From Tubiluchus corallicola (Eukaryota; Animalia; Priapulida), in the NCBI GenBank assembly GCA_030141605.1, contig JAQGDQ010000969.1:1-64000 (forward strand): a stretch of DNA of 64,000 bases, given 5' to 3'. Positions 1 to 64,000 of this stretch are shown here, piece by piece. A program made the translations under genes and the position numbers. Under the pieces are notes generated by a model. That model was not told where the DNA came from. It saw nothing but the letters and a program-made list of their open reading frames with translations, and ran no database searches. Position 1 is the stretch's first letter. The number at the start of each line of letters is the position of its first letter.

Positions 1-169
1 ACATTTAATCGATAGTCATACATCACGCCTAAATGATATATAAAGCTATCACAGAGTCCGATAGTACATAGATAATCCACAGCATTGATAATTCGCTGAC
101 AGATAAAATAATCAAAAGTAACTATACTGCAAATCCTAGCTGTTATGTGAAACGTCATTAGATGGGGAG

Positions 170-965
170 TCTATAAACAAGAACTTCACCGATAAGTGAC
201 ATTTTGCTAAAGTATGAATCACTCTAAATGGGTGTGACGTTAACTGAAACATTGTTAAATTGGGAGTTGCTAAGAGAAAACTTTGCTGTTTAGTGAAATA
301 TCATTAAATTAGGAGTCGCTAAGCAAGGACTTTGTTTTTGTTGTTGCGTGAAACATCGCTAATTTACATGTCACTAAGTGAGGACTTTTTTGTTAAGTGA
401 AATGTTGCTAAATTGTGAGTCACTAAGTGAGGACTTTTTTGTTAAGTGAAATGTTGCTAAATTGTGATTCACTAAGTGAAACCTTTGTTGTTTAGTGAAA
501 CATCGTTAAATTATGAGTCACTAAGTGAGGACTATGCTGTTAAGTGAAACATCTTAAAATCAGGAGTCACTAAGTGAGGACTGTGCTGTTAAGTGAAACA
601 TCGTTAAATTATGAGTCACTAAGTGAGGACTATGCTGTTAAGTGACACGTCTTAAAATCAGGAGTCACTAAGTGAGGACTATGCTGTTAAGTGAAACATT
701 GTTAAATTATGAGTCACTAACTGAGGACTAGGCTGTTAAGTGAAACCTTAAAATCAGGAGTCACTAAGTGAGGACTGTGCTGTTAAGTGAAACATCGTTA
801 AATTATGAGTCACTAAGTGAGGACTATGCTGTTAAGTGAAACATCGTTAAATTATGAGTCACTAAGTGAGGACTATGCTGTTAAGTGAAACATCGTTAAA
901 TTATGAGTTACTAAGTGAGGACTATGCTGTTAAGTGAAACATCGTTAAATCAGGAGTCACTAAGT
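170..965. repeat. Tandem minisatellite, ~49-bp unit
   Basis: gagtcactaagtgaggactatgctgttaagtgaaacatcgttaaattat; degenerate towards the left. Confidence 0.9.
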
Positions 966-1082
966 GTGCTCTGACCTGCATATGGATTTTTCCGCGAGCG
1001 TTGAATTACTGATGCTTTTTTACCTTTTGTGTATGATACATGGCTTCCTGATTTACAACAAGCGCGCTCTTTGTTGATCTAG

Positions 1083-41161
<40,079 letters not shown>

Positions 41162-41373
41162 TGACGAGCCATCGAGAACACGCGGGGTTTTGGGATTGTG
41201 TGATGATGAGCCATCGAGAACACGCGGGGTTTTGGGATTGTGTGATGACGAACCATCGAGAACACGCAGGGTTTTGGGATTGTGTGATGACGAGCCATCG
41301 AGAACATGCAGGGTTTTGGGATTGTGTGATGACGAGCCATTGAGAACACGCAGGGTTTTGCTATCAGTTACAG

Positions 41374-42427
41374 CCAGGGTCGGGTTATGACTTTTGGGGT
41401 CCCATCAGACGAAGCCACCCTCTATATCGCCCGCCCGCGTCTTGAATATTTTTTACTCGTGATATTTACATGGCGATTAATTGAGTGTATCCAGCTGAAG
41501 TCTGTGCCACGATCCCAAAGATAGTGCGGGTAGTTTTTTCTACTAGATTGGATGCCTTACAAAACGGTTGTAGCTTAATGTCACTGTACTACACTGACTG
41601 TGTGATACACATTAGTAATATGCATTGTAATGAAATTACCACTATCTGTCCTGAAAGTAGGAATATGTGGTTTGTAATATAAATTTTGATAACTTCTAAT
41701 ATAGTTTCTTGAGTGTATTAGTAATGATGTATGCAGGTCGGATGCAAAAAAATCATTATTAGGCCTTTCTGTACTTGGCTCCTTGATCAAACTGCCTGTG
41801 GCCTGCATGAATTGCGGGAATGTTTAATGTGGCCCGGCTAGTCAGATAATTTGCACACCCCTGTCGTAGAATTTTCAAATAAATTCCCTGTCCTTTCCTT
41901 GACCAAATATTGATTTTCCATGACCAAATATTCATTTTTCATGACCAAGATAAGCAGAAATTCCATTACCAATATACATATTCAAACATTCTTGTGTTTA
42001 TATGTATTAATGACGTCGGCACAGTTGCAGTAGAGCTAACGAAATTACACTAATCACATTAAATAAACTTTCTTAGTCCAATCATAATTTTTGGAACAGA
42101 AATCTGCGCCTGAAATAGCAATATTTCACTCGAACACAAATCTCTAAAAACACCTCTGTTTGAAAGAATATCGATTCGCAGTGATTTTTTTGCAATCCTT
42201 TCCAATTTCCCTGACGGCCCTATTTCATCATTTTCCGGGATTTTTTATCAAATTATTTTTTTCCCTGACTTTCCAGGATAACCTGTATTTTCAAGGATTG
42301 ATGTTTTCCCTGTCCGTGGGAACCCTGGATTTCCAAAGCCCTAGACTGCAGCCTATACTAGCCTATAGGCTAATCCTGCCCTGTTGTATGTATGGCTTAC
42401 TTAATCTATAGGATAATCTAGGCCTGG
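41374..42427. mobile_element. Nested transposon stack downstream of the HERC4 stop
   Basis: Outer element resembles 44901-45500 (CAGGGCCAGATT...AATCTGGCCCT). It contains a family C fragment and a CAGGGTTC-type element related to about 46274-46640. Confidence 0.6.
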
Positions 42428-42599
42428 TTGTAGAGGATGACTTTTATTCGTCTGACAGTTTTGTGGGATCGTGTAATGATTGCTTTTTTGTTATGAAACT
42501 GATAAGTTTTAGAAAGAGATATTTACTTTATAGAACTGCAAAGCTACTTGCAAATTGATTTACATTGTAAATTTTTCATGCATTTGCAGCTAATGTTCA

Positions 42600-43098
42600 A
42601 AGCTAATCCAGATTGAAAATTCCGGGAATCAAGATTGTAGATGGCGACACTAGCAGGTTGCAATGAATTCATTGGAAATGTCTAAGCTAATCCAGATTAG
42701 TAGTTTCAAGAATTAAGATTGTAGATGGCGATACTAGCAGCTTGCAATGAATTCATTGGAAATGGCTAAACTGATTCAGATTAATAGTTTCAAAAATTAA
42801 GATTGTAGATGGCGACACTAGCAGGTTGCAATGAATTCATTGGAAATGTCTAAGCTAATCCAGATTAGTAGTTTCGAGAATTAAGATTGTAGATGGCGAT
42901 ACTAGTAGCTTGCAATGAATTCATTGGAAATGTCTAAGCGAATCCAGATTAAAAATTCTGGGAATCAAGATTGTAGATGGCGACACTAGCAGCTTGCAAT
43001 GAATTCATTGGAAATGTCTAAGCTGATTCAGATTAATAGTTTCAAAAATTAAGATTGTAGATGGCGACACTAGTAGCTTGCAATGAATTCATTGGAAA
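42600..43098. repeat. 84-bp tandem array (6 units)
   Basis: aagattgtagatggcgacactagcag...gcaatgaattcattgg. Confidence 0.9.
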
Positions 43099-43806
43099 CA
43101 TGTTGTAGTGGTGGTATTTCTACTCACGGGTAGCACCAGCCATTATGTAATTTTATAACCTTCCTGTAACTTTGTCAATGAGAATGACAAGGCACAGAAC
43201 GTTTCATTTTACAGTTTAACACTTTGCCGGAATCTGGCATTCGACAGCGAAAAACTATTTAATGTAGATAGATATCACAAGTTCTAACATGAGATGCTGA
43301 AATGACAGAGATTTCTTAGCTATTTCAGTTAGGTATACATGCTTTCTCAGTGTGGCAATCAACAAACAGTTTCTTGAATGGTCACCCATCCATCCACCGT
43401 TGCAGCATTTGTTTAATAATATTCATTATGCAGATTTGTTTGTTTATTAATCTATACACGGATGCACATTTCGAACTGTGTTTGTTTATGGGTTGTTACA
43501 AATGTGTTTTTTTTATATAGTGAATTAAACATTGTTGTGCATTGTTAAAAATGTTTGTTTGTTTTATGAAGTATTGCTAATTCTGTGAATAACACCAAGT
43601 GTTTGCTTGCATAGCAAAATTATCCATGAGTCGGCAATTAAGTTTTTCTAGTTATTCACATATCCTGAATCTCCATTTCATGAGGATTATTTTTATACCA
43701 AGCTCATCACTCTATGTTATTTCTAAGCTGAGATAATCCATGTTGAAGTTGAGGTGCAGGCTGCGCACTGAAAAATAATAACCTTGAGAAAATTGCTGTT
43801 GAAGTT

Positions 43807-44100
43807 CTTCTTCTTCTTCATCAAAATCTCATTCCACCTGTTGTAGGCATTGAGGTATCAACATTTGTTAGAGTATTCCACCCATTTCTATCTGCAGCTG
43901 ACAGCACAAGTTCTTCTACTCCCAAAGAAAGATTTGGTTGAAGTTGAGCATCTTTATTTATCTTAGCTATCCAAGTTGTTTTAGGTTCACCAGGTGGTTT
44001 TTTTGCAAGGTTTTAAGGCTTCCGTTAAGATGATACTTACTGTTGCTTCATTTGGTAATCTTAGAAGATATCCTAGTCATCTTAATCTTCGGATCTTGAC
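43807..44100 (-). mobile_element. 5'-truncated RTE-clade LINE 3' end
   Basis: Decayed RRLR*LGYLLRLP...PPGEPKTTW...DRNGW; (GAA)n tail; 9-bp TSD GTTGAAGTT; inserted in a family G copy. Confidence 0.75.
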
Positions 44101-45834
44101 GTTGAAGTTTTCGTTTTCTCTCGCGTTCTTACAAAACACTTAGGAACCGCACAAATGTTGGTTGCTATGGACTGATCACATTGAAGTTATGCTTAAATCC
44201 AGTAGATGGTTCTTCGTGGTGAAGATCTGGTCTTGGCAACAAAAAACCTGAAGCGAAATGACTGCTTCCACGAGCTACAATCGGAGTTTGAAAATACGAG
44301 TTTTTCTCAACTGTAGTACCAGTTTATAGACAGAAAAGTGAGTACGGGGTTATAAAATTAGATTTTTAGTACTTTTTGAAAATTTTTTGCCAATTTGATA
44401 CTAGAATATAAAACTTCAATTTTTATAATGAGACATCGTAGTAGTAACGTAGTTTAAACTATGCCGACTTGTGGACAGTTTTGGTTTGCAAGCACTCAAA
44501 TAGTTTTATTAACAAGATGACTGTGTTCGTATTGCTGAGAAACATTTAGTCGTCAGAAATCATTCTTGTATAAGTATATTTGGGTCGCAATGAAATGTAA
44601 AAATAATTATGTCCAATTTTAACTGCTATTGATAAAATGAATTTGAGTTGAATTGAATTGTATAAAACCTGCAAAGTGACACCCCGCGTAACGACTTTCC
44701 TTTCAGCGACCATTCACTTTAGCAACACGGAAACTTTCCCATTTCTTTCAATGTAACGACAAATGTCTTGTTTTGCTTCTTACAGTTTTTACTTCCTATT
44801 GATTTGATGACCATGTTTTGTTAGAATGTCGTTGACGAGGATTTACTGCAGGACTGTTTCCGTTTAATCACTCACAGGACCGAAAAACATAACTTGTAAG
44901 CAGGGCCAGATTGACCTGTTGGGACCCCCTCAGACGAAGCCCCCCCCCCCTCTAACTCACCTGCGTTCATTTTGAATATTTTTATTCCTGATATAATTTA
45001 GCTACATTTACATAGCTCGAAGTAAACATATTGTAAATTCTTTATAATTAAGGAGCCTCCTCAGATAGAGCCACCCTCTAACCTGCTTACACCCATCTTA
45101 AATATGTATTTTTTTCTTAATGTATTTTAGCAATGTTTACATTGCTTGTAGAAAACTTAGTGCAAATTCTTTATAATTATGGAGCCTCCCTAGATGGAGC
45201 CAACGTCTAACTCACTTACACCTGTCTTGAATATGTATTTTAGCAACATTTACATAGCTTGTAGAAAACTTAGTGAAAATTCTTTATACAAACTAGAATA
45301 ACTATCTTTTATATTTTCTTTGTCCATAAAAATGATTTAAGAAATACAACTATTTTACCATTTACTGCAAACCAAATGGCAAATTAGCACATAATTATTT
45401 CAACACAACCTTAGTGAAAAACTTTTTTTACTAAATGTTACTAAAGCATGAGGAGCCTTAGCCTGCAGCCCAAACTTGCCTGTAAGATAATCTGGCCCTA
45501 CTTGGCCCTAAGCTGCAGTTTATCTGGCCCGGGTAGGAAGCTTAGAACCCCCCCTTTTTACTATGACCACACTGTTTTTCATACAGGATGGTGTCACTGT
45601 TGCCAAGTTTAAACTAACCAAGGCATATATTAATGCTATAGATGCCTATTAAGGATTGTTGTTATGAGGAAAGAAGCCATTTAGTATGTTGTACTTACAG
45701 TGGACTGTTGTTAAACGAGACGAAGCCATTCAATATGTTGTACTTACAGTGGACTGTTGTTAAACGAGACGAAGCCATTTTGCATTGTAAATAAAAATAT
45801 ATTGCTCAATAACAAACGGATTCTTTGCTCGAAA

Positions 45835-45840
45835 TTTATT
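45835..45840 (-). terminator. RACK1 polyadenylation signal AATAAA
   Basis: First minus-strand AATAAA, about 140 nt downstream of the RACK1 stop. Confidence 0.65.
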
Positions 45841-45979
45841 CTGTCAAAATTTTACAGAAAATACAAGTTCTTCACAACTTCCAACCTCGTCTCTCTCTCA
45901 CACATTTCACATCCTGGACAAATATGACATCAACTGATGACGTCGTTGTCTTAATTTCATCGAGTGATGATCTAATCAC

Positions 45980-52410
<6,431 letters not shown>

Positions 52411-52874
52411 ATTTCTGGTCTAGATTCCTTCTGGTTTCAGATGGAATAGGATTTCTAATTCCTCATAATAAAACTACTTCCACATATTAAACGATGGAAG
52501 CAGAGAAAAGATCGACAACTAGATGGCGCAGCGCATTTTAATTTAAAAAAAATGACAATTATCATAGAGTAAAATCAACTTGTTATTTTATAAAAATAAA
52601 TTTAAAAAATCCTCAAATTTTTTACCCTAGTAAACGGCAAATCTATTTTAAGTTCACAATATAAAATAATTATTATCAAAATGTGACGTCATCTGGGCGA
52701 AGTTTTCTGTCGGCCATTTTTTCTCGTATTGTGGTTCGTGTGTAGTTTTGTCTGGAAGAAATTCAAAAATTGGGCAAATTTATACTTACATAGTTTGCTG
52801 AATTTATTAAGTTCATTTTCATTAAAAGGGTTTTGGGAAAAGGAAGAAAATAAAGTGCAGATAACTTACTTGCA
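52411..52874. promoter_or_regulatory. Bidirectional promoter/5'UTR region shared by RACK1 and PP2Ac
   Basis: Divergent start codons about 465 bp apart. TCT/5'TOP-like TCTTTTCTCT on the minus strand near 52502-52511; CAACTAGATGGCGC (CTCF-like) near 52516-52529; perfect CRE TGACGTCA at 52684-52691; YY1-like CGGCCATTTT at 52711-52720. Confidence 0.7.
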
Positions 52875-63586
<10,712 letters not shown>

Positions 63587-64000
63587 GTAGGTTGCCTTGA
63601 CAACAAGGCTGCAGATAATGAGTGTAATTTGTACATTGTCGTTTTTGCGACATCTTCTGTCTGAATTGCCTTTTGGTGAAAGTGCATTGCTATGTATGTT
63701 CACTGCCATTATGATATGTTATTTGCTGTCTGGTTTAATTGTGGTGGAAACAATTAACCGTTTATAGTCTATTTGATGTCCAATCTTTGAATGTTTTTCC
63801 AGCTGCTAACCCATGTCTTATGTATCATCAATGCCATTTGCATTTATTTTTTGGAAAAAAAGCACCAAAAATCAATGTAAACATAGCCGCCATTATGTTA
63901 AAATTAAACTTTACCTCTGCGCAGTGACTTATCGCACTGGCGACTCCGTTTCGATGTGAAGATCTCTTATAAGCACAAGTGCATTATTTTTGTAAGCAAA

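Overview
AT-rich, intron- and repeat-rich genomic DNA from an invertebrate animal; the taxon cannot be determined from this window. I reconstructed three conserved spliced genes by hand, and the reading frame is consistent across every junction. (1) HERC4-like RCC1-repeat/HECT E3 ligase, + strand: 25 coding exons at 1083-41161, with the 5' end outside the window and one GC-AG intron. (2) Complete RACK1/GNB2L1, - strand: 7 coding exons, 319 aa, hosting a SNORD96/U96-like C/D snoRNA. (3) PP2A catalytic subunit, + strand: starts at 52875 and runs off the window, head-to-head with RACK1 (start codons about 465 bp apart). Introns hold non-autonomous DNA transposons (hAT-, Kolobok-, piggyBac- and Tc1/pogo-like), two 5S-rRNA-derived SINEs, RTE, CR1/L2 and Penelope remnants (one with a minimal hammerhead ribozyme core), microsatellites and over a dozen unrelated tandem arrays. 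Several arrays amplify functional signals themselves: a splice acceptor, a splice donor, the stop codon and a transposon end. Most long ORFs in the supplied track are repeat artefacts. No new biological system can be proven from sequence alone; the best leads are listed as findings. Transposon boundaries are approximate.
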